Shown one piece after another: positions 9,178 through 18,581 of a stretch of 56,759 nt of DNA. Source of the DNA: Bacteroidota bacterium (lineage in GTDB: Bacteria > Bacteroidota > Bacteroidia > Chitinophagales > Saprospiraceae); NCBI GenBank assembly GCA_039178745.1, contig JBCDFE010000001.1, forward strand, positions 1-56,759, read 5' to 3'. Every line of letters starts with the position of its first letter. The first letter of the stretch is position 1. A program made the translations under genes and the position numbers. The notes below the pieces were generated by a model that saw only the letters and a program-made list of their open reading frames with translations, made no database searches and was not told the DNA's origin.

Positions 9178-10509
9178 ATGTCAGATACTTCACCCATTAT
9201 CATAGTTGGCGCCGGACTTTGCGGTTCCCTATTGGCCCTGCGATTGGCTCAGCGTGGCTACAGGGTCGAGCTATTCGAAAAGCGATCGGACCCGAGATCG
9301 ATCGAGCTGGAAGCAGGCCGGTCGATCAATTTGGCCCTATCTGCCCGCGGACTGATGGCTCTGGAGCGGGCCGGGCTGCGCGATGAGGTCAGGGAGATAT
9401 GCATACCCATGCGCGGCCGTATGATACACCCCCTGGGAGGCGATTCCTTTTTGTCGCCATATAGCGGTCGGGCCGAAGACTACATCAATTCCATCTCCCG
9501 ACCAGGACTCAATCAGCTGCTTATCGAAGCGGCTGACGAGCATGAAGGGGTGCGCATTCACTTCGATACGCAGGTAGAAAAAGTTTATCTGGATGAGGGT
9601 AAGGTGGACTTCCGCGGGCCTTCCGGTCATGGGCAAACAAGCGGTCAGATCGTAGTCGGTACGGATGGTGCAGGCTCCGTGGTACGCCGTGCCATGATGG
9701 CCAAAACGACCGATCTGCTTTTCAACTACGAGCAGAACTTCCTGCGCCACGGCTATAAGGAACTGAGCATACATCCGGGCCAGGGAGATAATCTCTGGCA
9801 AATTCACAAGGAAGCGCTGCACATCTGGCCGCGAGGTCATTTCATGATCATAGCCTTGCCCAATCTGGATGGTAGCTTCACACTCACCATGTTTCACCCC
9901 TACGATGGAGAAGCAGGGTTCAACAACCTGAAAGACCGCGATGCCCGGATGGCTTTTTTCGAAAAGTACTATCCGAGCCTATTGCCATATATACCGCATC
10001 TTCACCAGGAGTACGAGACTAATCCCACGGCTACCCTGGGTACGATCAGATGCTATCCCTGGCAGGCCTACGGGCGAACGGTCATCATGGGTGATGCGGC
10101 TCACGCCATCGTACCCTTCTACGGGCAAGGGATGAATGCCAGCTTCGAAGATGTGCGCGTATTCGACGAGCTGCTGGAAACCCACGGAAACGATTGGTCC
10201 AAATTACTCTACGAGTTTCAAGAGACGCGCAAGCCCAATGGCGATGCCATCGCAGATCTGGCCTTGGAAAACTTCATAGAGATGCGCGACAAGGTCGATG
10301 ATGCTAACTTCCGCCACAAGCGCATGATCGAAATGCAGCTCGAGCGCGAGAAAACGGATTATTACTCCAAGTACTCCCTCGTCACTTTTCGTCCCGATCT
10401 CTCTTATGCAGAGGCACGCCAGCGAGGTTTGGCCCAGGATGAGTTTCTCCTCAATCTAAAAGGAGACGAAGAGCTGGATTGGGTGTATGGGGAATTGATG
10501 AAAGGATAA
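9178..10509 (+). CDS. kmo: kynurenine 3-monooxygenase
   Basis: GAGLCG FAD motif, AGRSINLALSARG, LHIWPRG, ALPNLDGSFT, GDAAHAIVPFYGQGMN, NFIEMRD; directly after kynU. Confidence 0.95.
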   Translation: MSDTSPIIIVGAGLCGSLLALRLAQRGYRVELFEKRSDPRSIELEAGRSINLALSARGLMALERAGLRDEVREICIPMRGRMIHPLGGDSFLSPYSGRAEDYINSISRPGLNQLLIEAADEHEGVRIHFDTQVEKVYLDEGKVDFRGPSGHGQTSGQIVVGTDGAGSVVRRAMMAKTTDLLFNYEQNFLRHGYKELSIHPGQGDNLWQIHKEALHIWPRGHFMIIALPNLDGSFTLTMFHPYDGEAGFNNLKDRDARMAFFEKYYPSLLPYIPHLHQEYETNPTATLGTIRCYPWQAYGRTVIMGDAAHAIVPFYGQGMNASFEDVRVFDELLETHGNDWSKLLYEFQETRKPNGDAIADLALENFIEMRDKVDDANFRHKRMIEMQLEREKTDYYSKYSLVTFRPDLSYAEARQRGLAQDEFLLNLKGDEELDWVYGELMKG

Positions 10510-10548
10510 TTTGATGGGACTGATGATTGGATGGATTATGATGAAAGG

Positions 10549-11691
10549 ATGGAAATAGCATCTAAACTTCCGCAGGTGGGTACCACCATATTTACCGTCA
10601 TGTCGCAAATGGCTAATGAAGCTGGTGCGATCAATTTATCGCAGGGTTTTCCGGGTTATGAATTGGATGGGGAGTTAAGGAATCTGGTGGATAAATACAT
10701 ACAGCTAGGTCAGAATCAATATGCGCCACTGGCCGGTGTGCCAGAATTGCTGGAAGCTATCGCCAACAAGAAAAAGCTGCTATACGGCTGCGAGTTAGAT
10801 CCTCAGGAAGAGATTACCATCACACACGGTGCTACAGAAGGCATCTTTAGTGGGCTGACGACTTTGATCAGGCCCGGTGATGAGGTGATCTATTTCGAGC
10901 CAGCCTACGATGCCTACCTGCCGGCCATACAACTCAACGGTGGGGTGGGGGTGCCCATTCGACTGGGAAGTCCCGATTACCGCATCGACTGGTCGCGGGT
11001 TCGCCAGGCTATGAGTCCAAAGACGAGGCTGATCATAATCAACTCTCCCCACAACCCAAGCGGATCGGTCTGGACAAAGTCCGATGTAAATGAGCTACGC
11101 GAGCTGGTAGATGGAACCGATATATTGATCCTTTCCGACGAGGTTTACCAGCATGTGATCTTCGATGGACTTCGTCATGAGAGTGTGCTCTCTTATCCAG
11201 ATTTGAGATCTCGTGCTTTGGTGACCATGTCTTTCGGCAAAACCTTTCATGCAACCGGTTGGCGGGTGGGCTACACCATAGCACCTGTTGAATTGACCAA
11301 AGAACTCCGAAAAGTGCATCAGTTCAATACCTTTAGCATCAATCGCCCTTTTCAGTATGCATTGGCCGAGTATTTGCAGCGACCAGAACGCTATCAGAAA
11401 CTGCCGGAATTTTTTCAGCAAAAGCGCGATGTATTCCGAGCGGCCATAGCCGATAGCCCTTTTGAACTACTCGATTGCAGCGGCACTTATTTTCAGTCGG
11501 TCAGTTATTGCCAATTTTCCGATAAATCGGATATGGATATGGCCGAGTGGCTGACCAAAGAGATTGGGGTAGCTTCTATTCCTGTATCGGCATTTTACTC
11601 TAATGATACCGATGAGCATGTACTGCGCTTTTGCTTTGCTAAGGAAGACTCGGTACTTATGGAAGCGGGGAAAAGACTATCTGCCCTATGA
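10549..11691 (+). CDS. ybdL: class I PLP aminotransferase (YbdL / kynurenine aminotransferase family)
   Basis: SKLPQVGTTIFTVMS, AINLSQGFP, NSPHNPSG, SDEVY, SFGKTFHATGWRVGY, RFCFAK; start probably ATG 10549. Confidence 0.88.
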   Translation: MEIASKLPQVGTTIFTVMSQMANEAGAINLSQGFPGYELDGELRNLVDKYIQLGQNQYAPLAGVPELLEAIANKKKLLYGCELDPQEEITITHGATEGIFSGLTTLIRPGDEVIYFEPAYDAYLPAIQLNGGVGVPIRLGSPDYRIDWSRVRQAMSPKTRLIIINSPHNPSGSVWTKSDVNELRELVDGTDILILSDEVYQHVIFDGLRHESVLSYPDLRSRALVTMSFGKTFHATGWRVGYTIAPVELTKELRKVHQFNTFSINRPFQYALAEYLQRPERYQKLPEFFQQKRDVFRAAIADSPFELLDCSGTYFQSVSYCQFSDKSDMDMAEWLTKEIGVASIPVSAFYSNDTDEHVLRFCFAKEDSVLMEAGKRLSAL

Positions 11692-12467
11692 AAGAGATAC
11701 TAAACCTCAGCCTGGTGCAGACAGACATAATTTGGCAGATGCCCAAGGAAAATCTACAGCGCTATGAAGACATGCTAGCGCCCCTCAAGGGCAAAACCGA
11801 TTTGATCGTACTGCCAGAGATGTTCACGACGGGCTTTAGCATGGAATCTAGGGCAATGGCTGAAAGCATGAATGGAATCAGCGTAGTTTGGATGCAGCAA
11901 CAAGCGTCTGCCCTAGGTGCAGCTACCTGCGGAAGTCTGATTATAAAAGAAAAAGGCAGCTATGTCAATAGATTCATCTTTGCACATCCCGATGGGCGCA
12001 TAGATACCTACGATAAGCGGCACCTTTTTGCCATGGCCGGAGAGCATGAATTTTATGAGCCCGGCAGTGAGCGCGTGGTCATCGAATATCTGGGCTGGCG
12101 CATTTGTCCGCAGATTTGTTACGATTTGCGGTTTCCTGTCTGGTCGCGCAATGACTTAGGCTACGATCTGCTCGTGTATGTGGCCAATTGGCCCGATCAA
12201 CGGGCGTATGATTGGCGGACTTTACTGAAGGCCAGGGCTATCGAAAATCAGTGCTATGTGGCGGCGGTAAATCGGGTGGGATCGGATGCCAATGGACACC
12301 ATTATCGTGGAGATAGCTGCGTCATAGATCCGGGTTGGCGACACACTTTAGCTGAATTGTCCCATGCCGAATGCATATTTACTCAGATTATTTCGGCTAG
12401 TCATTTAAAAGCTGTCCGAAATAAATTGCCATTTTTAAAAGATCGGGATATATTTACTATCAATTGA
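11688..12467 (+). CDS. yafV: omega-amidase, nitrilase family (YafV-like)
   Basis: LPEMFTTGF, YDKRHLF and ICYDLRFP (E-K-C triad), ARAIENQ; ATGA overlap with the aminotransferase. Confidence 0.88.
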   Translation: MKEILNLSLVQTDIIWQMPKENLQRYEDMLAPLKGKTDLIVLPEMFTTGFSMESRAMAESMNGISVVWMQQQASALGAATCGSLIIKEKGSYVNRFIFAHPDGRIDTYDKRHLFAMAGEHEFYEPGSERVVIEYLGWRICPQICYDLRFPVWSRNDLGYDLLVYVANWPDQRAYDWRTLLKARAIENQCYVAAVNRVGSDANGHHYRGDSCVIDPGWRHTLAELSHAECIFTQIISASHLKAVRNKLPFLKDRDIFTIN

Positions 12468-12473
12468 TTTACG

Positions 12474-12854
12474 ATGAGTTATCCAAAACCCGATTGGTCT
12501 GCTACCAGCTCCTTACGTCCATTTATTGGCAGCCGTGATTTTGCCCAGTCTAGGACTTTTTACCAAACCCTTGGTTTTGAGGAAGCGGTGCTTGGACCGA
12601 AATTATCCCTATTTAAGGTCAATGAGCATTTTTCCTTTCATTTGCAGGATTATTATGTCAAGGAGTGGATGGAAAATAGTATGGTTTTTCTAGTTGTAGA
12701 CGATTTGTCATTTAGACTTTCGCAGGTAGAGGCATTAAACCTGACAGATCGTTTCCCACTAGCTAAAGTCAGTCCTATTCGAAAAGAGGAGTGGGGTAGT
12801 GTTTTTTATATACACGATCCTAGTGGCGTTTTATGGCATATAGCAGCGTTTTAA
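12474..12854 (+). CDS. VOC / glyoxalase family protein
   Basis: LRPFIGSRDFAQSRTFYQTLGF...EWGSVFYIHDPSGVLWHI. Confidence 0.85.
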   Translation: MSYPKPDWSATSSLRPFIGSRDFAQSRTFYQTLGFEEAVLGPKLSLFKVNEHFSFHLQDYYVKEWMENSMVFLVVDDLSFRLSQVEALNLTDRFPLAKVSPIRKEEWGSVFYIHDPSGVLWHIAAF

Positions 12855-12874
12855 ATGATTAATTGAATTTTCTT

Positions 12875-13843
12875 ATGCAGAGACTTGTTATTTTGATTGC
12901 TTCGGCGATTTCGATTACTGTATTTCAGTCCTGCTTGCTGGCATTGGGTGGGGTAGCGCTTGCCAGTGATAGCCAGTTTAACACAGTAGCTGATGTGAAA
13001 TACACACCACAAGAAATGGAGGTGCTGGAGTCTACAGTAACCTATTTTGTGCTGAGAGATCAAGATCGCGACCGAAGATCTGAGTACGAAGAAGCCATTC
13101 GAGAAGTATGGGAGATCACCCCTTTAGAATTTGTATTTTTTGATGATTTGGATAATACACCATCTGATGGAGCTACATTCTTTATGCTAGATGTTCCTGC
13201 GCATGGACAAGATATAGATCAACCGCATTTTTCCGGACCATTACCCTATTTGCAGTTGAGTTTGGTACTTCCTTCCTGGATAGATAAAAGCAATGGCGAT
13301 TTTAGAGAAGGTTCAAAAGTTTTTGCATCGATTAGCTTAATTCTCGAAAGTCCTATTTCCTGGAATTACGATGATTATAATAGGTATTTGGAATCTTACA
13401 GATCTTTGTATGCTTCTGAGGTAATCATTAATTGGTCGCCCCAATTATTAAAAACCTTTATTAAAGCCATTAATGATGATTTTAAAAGCAAGGACGGAAA
13501 TTCCAATGGGTACCGGGACCTCAAGGTCGAAGAATTTAGAGATGATTTAGCTTTGAAGCCCATTTATATTCTGGAGAGTTATTTTGACAACCCATATCTC
13601 AATGCTAACAGAATAAGACGGGAAAGGGCTAGCAAACTTTATCGAGATAACTTTGAACTGGTGAGCCTTGAAGAATTGGATCGGCTGATGACTTCGGATG
13701 AAGAGGTATTCTTTTTGGACTTGGGCATGTTCAAGCGATCCATCTACTATCAGCGGGTATTGTCTAGTGAGCGTGGTATAGCCTACAGCCGGATCAATAC
13801 CTCAAGTATGTTAAAACCAGTAGCGATGTCGAAGATCAGGTGA
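12875..13843 (+). CDS. hypothetical protein, probable lipoprotein
   Basis: ATG 12875; hydrophobic leader ending FQSC (lipobox-like); visibly AT-richer than its neighbours. Confidence 0.65.
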   Translation: MQRLVILIASAISITVFQSCLLALGGVALASDSQFNTVADVKYTPQEMEVLESTVTYFVLRDQDRDRRSEYEEAIREVWEITPLEFVFFDDLDNTPSDGATFFMLDVPAHGQDIDQPHFSGPLPYLQLSLVLPSWIDKSNGDFREGSKVFASISLILESPISWNYDDYNRYLESYRSLYASEVIINWSPQLLKTFIKAINDDFKSKDGNSNGYRDLKVEEFRDDLALKPIYILESYFDNPYLNANRIRRERASKLYRDNFELVSLEELDRLMTSDEEVFFLDLGMFKRSIYYQRVLSSERGIAYSRINTSSMLKPVAMSKIR

Positions 13844-14026
13844 AAACCTGGTGTGGATATCAGCTGTGGGTGTACTGTTTCTGGTTCAGTGCATTGCTAT
13901 AACAACTGTTGATCTTGCGATGTATGCAATGGTTGTATCTGGCCTACTTATTGAGAATAGGTCGAAATAAGAGTTCCGTTAAAATTGGACATTGCTCATA
14001 AAGTCAGCTTGAGGTAACTTTGTAAT

Positions 14027-15385
14027 GTGGCTCAGTCGATCATTTTCATTTTGGTTTCTGTAGTTGGCCTGGGTTATGCAGGCTGGCAGTTCTCCCGCAT
14101 ACGCTCGGTTGTGATGCTTGGAAAGGACGAGCAGATAGAGGGCCCGACTTCGCAACGATGGCGAAATATGCTATTGGTGGCCTTCGGGCAGAAGAAGATG
14201 TTCAAGCGTATAATACCAGCCGTTCTTCACTTTATTCTCTATGCCGCTTTTGTCATTACACAGATCGAACTGATAGAGATCTTTGTTGATGGCATCTTTG
14301 GTGTTCATCGTTTCTTTGCGCCTTACCTAGGAGGCTTTTACACCTTCATTATCAGTTTCATCGAGGTGCTTTCATTTTTGGCCTTCTTTGCTACGTTCGT
14401 ATTTCTTTGGCGCAGGAACGCCTTGAAAATTCCGAGGTTCATCAAGCCGGAGATGAATGGGTGGCCCAAGTTGGATGCCAATCTGATCTTGATATTTGAG
14501 ATCATTTTGCTCATCTGTATCTTCACTATGAATGGTACGGATATCGTTTTGCAAGGTCTCGATCCAGCCCACTATCCCGACACGGGTTATCTGGCCATCA
14601 GTGGCTGGATGGGTCCTATGTTGTTTGGTGGTTTTTCTGAAGGCACACTACATGTTTTGGAGCGTGTTGGCTGGTGGGGGCACTTTGCTATGGTCATTTG
14701 GTTTCTCAACTATTTGCCTAAGTCCAAGCACTTACACATCATACTGGCGTTCCCCAATACATTTTACGCACGCTTGCAGCCTCGTGGCCAGATGATGAAC
14801 ATGCCGACTATCATGAATGAGGTCAAGAGCATGATGGATCCTGAAGCGGCCTTCGCTACGAATGGCAATGGAGAGGCAGAAATGGAAGAGCTGCCCACTT
14901 TCGGCGCGCACGACATACACGAGATGAGCTGGATCGACATCCTGGGTGCGTATACTTGTACGGAGTGTGGCCGATGTACCTCAGAATGTCCGGCTAACCA
15001 AACTGGTAAGAAACTGAGTCCGCGAAAAATTGTGATGGACGTCAGGGACAGAGCCACCGAAGTGGAAGAAAAGCTTCGAACGGGCTCAGAAGAATACAAG
15101 GTCGATGCCTCAAAAGAACTCACTATCGACAACTTTCAGGATGGCAAAAGCCTCTGGGATTATATCAGCCGAGAAGAGATCCATGCTTGTACAACTTGTA
15201 ATGCATGTGTGGAGGCCTGTCCGGTGCTCATCAATCCGCTGGAGATGATCAACAAGCTTCGCAGGCACGAAATCCTCATGGAAAGTGCAGGCCCTGGTGA
15301 TTGGTTGCCATTGTTTAACTCGATAGAGAATAGTGGCGCGGCTTGGAGTGTGGGAAGTTCTCGTATGGATTGGGCTAATTCTTGA
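14027..15385 (+). CDS. membrane Fe-S oxidoreductase (FadF/HdrD-like, N-terminal half)
   Basis: Several TM helices, YLPKSKHLHI, and two 4Fe-4S motifs CTECGRCTSECP and CTTCNACVEACP. Confidence 0.88.
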   Translation: MAQSIIFILVSVVGLGYAGWQFSRIRSVVMLGKDEQIEGPTSQRWRNMLLVAFGQKKMFKRIIPAVLHFILYAAFVITQIELIEIFVDGIFGVHRFFAPYLGGFYTFIISFIEVLSFLAFFATFVFLWRRNALKIPRFIKPEMNGWPKLDANLILIFEIILLICIFTMNGTDIVLQGLDPAHYPDTGYLAISGWMGPMLFGGFSEGTLHVLERVGWWGHFAMVIWFLNYLPKSKHLHIILAFPNTFYARLQPRGQMMNMPTIMNEVKSMMDPEAAFATNGNGEAEMEELPTFGAHDIHEMSWIDILGAYTCTECGRCTSECPANQTGKKLSPRKIVMDVRDRATEVEEKLRTGSEEYKVDASKELTIDNFQDGKSLWDYISREEIHACTTCNACVEACPVLINPLEMINKLRRHEILMESAGPGDWLPLFNSIENSGAAWSVGSSRMDWANS

Positions 15386-15392
15386 TGTAGTG

Positions 15393-15563
15393 ATGCTTAA
15401 GATGAGTATTGTTGTGGAAGAAAGGGATGAAACCGTATTTTGGCTCGAAATTTTGAAAGACAGTGATATAAAGTGTGATAAGTCTCGGGTGGAAAGTTTG
15501 ATTCCTGAAGCTAACAAAATCTGTGCAGTAATGGCTAAGGCCAGATCCAATACCAAGCGTTAA
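15393..15563 (+). pseudogene. 3' remnant of a four-helix-bundle (23S rRNA intervening-sequence protein-like) gene
   Basis: KMSIVVEERDETVFWLEIL...LIPEANKICAVM matches the C-terminal half of the family; the N-terminal half is absent. Confidence 0.6.
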
Positions 15564-15609
15564 ACGTTTATCCAAAAATCAAAAGATCGAGATTTTCCAA
15601 TCACTACAC

Positions 15610-16386
15610 ATGGCAGTAAGAACTTTAGCACAATACATGGCGGAGGGGCAGAGCCCCGAAATCCTCTTTTGGGTTGGATGTGCCGGATCATTTGACGATA
15701 GAGCGCAGCGAGTAACTCGTGCTTTTGCAGATATATTGACTGCTGCTGAAATCCAGTTTGCCGTACTAGGTGATGAGGAAATGTGTACGGGGGATCCGGC
15801 AAGAAGAGCTGGCAATGAGTTTCTCTTTCAGATGATGGCCCAGCAAAATATTGCCATTCTAAATATGTACGAAGTCAAGAAGATTGTGGCCACCTGTCCG
15901 CACTGCTTCAACACTTTGAAAAACGAGTATCCGGAGCTTGGCGGCAACTACGAGGTCGTACATCATACTCAGTTGTTGCAAGAGCTCATCGATGAGGGTC
16001 GTATAAAAATGACCGACGGAAGTGCTTTCAAGGGTAAGAAAATCACCTACCACGATAGCTGCTACTTAGGGCGCGTGAATGGTGTATATGAAGCGCCTCG
16101 TGCTGTCTTAGAAGCTATAGATGGCGATCTGGTTGAAATGAAGCGATCGCGTACTAAGGGGCTCTGCTGCGGTGCTGGTGGTGCTCAAATGTGGAAGGAA
16201 GACGAACCGGGCAACGAAAGAATCAATATAGCCCGTGCCGACGAAGCCCTGGAAACGGGTGCGGGTGTGATAGCTGTAAATTGTCCGTTTTGTCTGACTA
16301 TGATGACGGACGGTGTCAAAAACCGGGAGAAGCAGGATGACGTTATGGTTATGGATTTGAGCGAGTTGATCGTTAAAAGCCTGTAG
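15610..16386 (+). CDS. CCG-domain (Fe-S)-binding protein (FadF/HdrB-like, C-terminal half)
   Basis: FWVGCAGSFD, CTGDPARRAGNE, ATCPHC, YHDSCYLGR, CCGAGG, NCPFC. Confidence 0.9.
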   Translation: MAVRTLAQYMAEGQSPEILFWVGCAGSFDDRAQRVTRAFADILTAAEIQFAVLGDEEMCTGDPARRAGNEFLFQMMAQQNIAILNMYEVKKIVATCPHCFNTLKNEYPELGGNYEVVHHTQLLQELIDEGRIKMTDGSAFKGKKITYHDSCYLGRVNGVYEAPRAVLEAIDGDLVEMKRSRTKGLCCGAGGAQMWKEDEPGNERINIARADEALETGAGVIAVNCPFCLTMMTDGVKNREKQDDVMVMDLSELIVKSL

Positions 16387-16405
16387 TAAGCGATAGCTAG
16401 AAATC

Positions 16406-16876
16406 ATGAAATTATCTCCTGATAGCAGAATTTGGATATACGCTGCCGAGCGAAGACTCCGACCTGCGGAAGTCCAACTTGCCCAACAAACCGCTAGTGC
16501 ATTTGTGCAGCAGTGGGGGAGTCATGGCAGGCCATTGGAGGCAGAGGCTAGCGTCCTTCACGACCGATTTTTGATACTGGCTGTAGATCAGCGCTCGGCT
16601 GGTGCCAGTGGCTGTTCGATAGATGCGAGTGTGCATTTTGTACAGCGGCTCGGAGCAGAACTGGGGGTGGATTTTTTTAATCGCATGGTTTTCCACTATC
16701 GCGATGAAAAGGGTGAGGTGCACAGTTTGAGCCGGGCAGACTTTGCGGAATCTTACCGAACTGGCCTGATTAATGAATTGACTGTAGTTTTCGATCCACT
16801 TATAGATTCGGTGGGTGCGCTGGTTGACGGCTTTGAAAAGCCACTGAGTAAAAGCTGGCATGCGAATATGGTCTAA
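16406..16876 (+). CDS. conserved Bacteroidetes hypothetical protein
   Basis: SRIWIYAA, WGSHG and ASGCSIDASV motifs; no Walker A, so not an ATPase. Confidence 0.8.
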   Translation: MKLSPDSRIWIYAAERRLRPAEVQLAQQTASAFVQQWGSHGRPLEAEASVLHDRFLILAVDQRSAGASGCSIDASVHFVQRLGAELGVDFFNRMVFHYRDEKGEVHSLSRADFAESYRTGLINELTVVFDPLIDSVGALVDGFEKPLSKSWHANMV

Positions 16877-16949
16877 GACGAGCGTTTTGATAACATTTCA
16901 TTGACGCCGGATGTTAGCAAGGCTTAGATTGAATCTTTAATTTTGCGGT

Positions 16950-18560
16950 ATGGTACAAGAAGCACGCAGCAACTCAAAAAGAAATTTGCTAGTGGGATTA
17001 TCCCTGCTGGTTGGACTTGTTGGTATAAATGCATTGGCGCTTTACATCGGTAAGCTGACCCTGATGAACTTGGTGGTCGGTGTAGGTATAATGGCAGCAC
17101 TGTTCACAGGTGGCAGTAAGATAATGGGGCGGGTCAAGAGCTTGCCCATGAGTTTTATTCAGCATTTTTCAGGAATTCTGTTTGTGTTTTCAGGCTGGGT
17201 GAAAGCCGCGGATCCGCTTGGTACTGCCTTTAAGATGGAGCAATACTTCGCAGAGTTCGAAACGACATTTGCCGATACTGGTATAAGCTTTTTGGCTCCT
17301 GTATTCCCCTGGTTCAGTAGCTTTTCTATCGGGTTTTCGGTCTTTATGATCGTATTGGAGATAGCTTTGGGTATTGCACTCATTGCTGGCTGGCGCTTGA
17401 AGCTCACGAGCTGGTTGTTTGCGGGTATCATCTTCTTTTTTACTTTTCTGACGGGCTTTACCTATCTAACGGGCTATGTGCCTGAAGGTGTAAATTTCTT
17501 TGCCTTTGGTCAGTGGGGAGACTGGGTGGAGACCAATATGAAAGTGACCGACTGTGGTTGTTTTGGAGACTTTCTGGTGCTCAAGCCGTACACCTCTTTC
17601 ATGAAGGATATCTTCCTGCTGGTTCCGGCCATCGCATTTCTGGTTGCACAGCCCAAGATGCATCAGCTTTTTACGCCTAGGAGACGATCCCTGGCTGTGG
17701 GAGGCGCTGTTTTGTTTTCCCTTTGGTACTGCCTGTCTAATTTTATGTGGGACATCCCCGGACAAGACTTCCGTCCATTCAGGGTCGGAACCGATATTGC
17801 TGCTACTAAGCAAGCAGAGATGGACGCTGCCGCCAATGTGCAATTGATGGGCTATCACATTGTCGATAAGGAATCTGAGGAAGTCGTAGCTGAGCTATCT
17901 GTAGATGAATTTATTGAGCGTTACACGGAGTTTCCACAAGATCAGTTCGAATACGTTCAGCTAAAGACAGAGCCCGAAATAGAAGCGACTAAAATTTCCG
18001 ATTTTGAGTTGCAAGATGCCAGAGGCGAGGATAGAACAGATCAGTTGTTGGGCTTCGACGGAAATATTTTTACCGTTGTGGCTTACAAAATAAAAGGAGA
18101 GCAAACAGGTGAACGCACGGTCTATGATACGACCCAGCAAATGGTGATAGATACTATAACGGATCAATCTGAAGATCTGATGCAGTTTGACACGGGTTAT
18201 GTAGATCAGGTGACAGAGCGCCAGGAACCTATCTATTCTTTTGACGAGGCATACCTTGGAAATTGGAGAGATAACATCATGCCTCTACTGGCAGAAGCTC
18301 GAGAGGCGGGGCATCAAGCTATTGTACTTACGGCCTTCGCTGAAGATGAGAAGTTGAGGGCTTTTGCCAGAGAGATCGGTGCGGAAAATCTCACCTTTTT
18401 GCGCGGTGATGATATTATGCTTAAGACGATTATACGCTCGAATCCGGGATTGGTCTTGCTCAAGAAGGGCAAAGTTTTGGGCAAGTATCACCATCGTCGT
18501 TTGCCTGGTTTTGCCGAACTGGCGAATGAGCATGGATTCACGGTTTTGGCTGAGGAGTAA
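16950..18560 (+). CDS. DoxX/MauE-family membrane protein with periplasmic thioredoxin-like domain (BT_3928-like)
   Basis: FVFSGWVKAADPLG, VTDCGCFGD, DFRPFRVG, LKTIIRSNPGLVLLK. Confidence 0.85.
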   Translation: MVQEARSNSKRNLLVGLSLLVGLVGINALALYIGKLTLMNLVVGVGIMAALFTGGSKIMGRVKSLPMSFIQHFSGILFVFSGWVKAADPLGTAFKMEQYFAEFETTFADTGISFLAPVFPWFSSFSIGFSVFMIVLEIALGIALIAGWRLKLTSWLFAGIIFFFTFLTGFTYLTGYVPEGVNFFAFGQWGDWVETNMKVTDCGCFGDFLVLKPYTSFMKDIFLLVPAIAFLVAQPKMHQLFTPRRRSLAVGGAVLFSLWYCLSNFMWDIPGQDFRPFRVGTDIAATKQAEMDAAANVQLMGYHIVDKESEEVVAELSVDEFIERYTEFPQDQFEYVQLKTEPEIEATKISDFELQDARGEDRTDQLLGFDGNIFTVVAYKIKGEQTGERTVYDTTQQMVIDTITDQSEDLMQFDTGYVDQVTERQEPIYSFDEAYLGNWRDNIMPLLAEAREAGHQAIVLTAFAEDEKLRAFAREIGAENLTFLRGDDIMLKTIIRSNPGLVLLKKGKVLGKYHHRRLPGFAELANEHGFTVLAEE

Positions 18561-18581
18561 AATCCTATCTAGCTTTGCTTC

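Noticed and set aside
10510-10548. GAT-rich low-complexity spacer between kmo and the aminotransferase
   Set aside because: Too short and irregular to call a repeat element; it only creates a spurious upstream ATG
13851-13970. 39-codon hydrophobic GTG-start ORF
   Set aside because: Weak start, no supporting promoter or motif; hydrophobicity can arise from T-rich intergenic DNA
15383-15385. TGA of the Fe-S gene as possible selenocysteine readthrough (selU is in the window)
   Set aside because: The protein ends at a plausible C-terminus, another in-frame stop follows shortly, and no SECIS-like hairpin is evident
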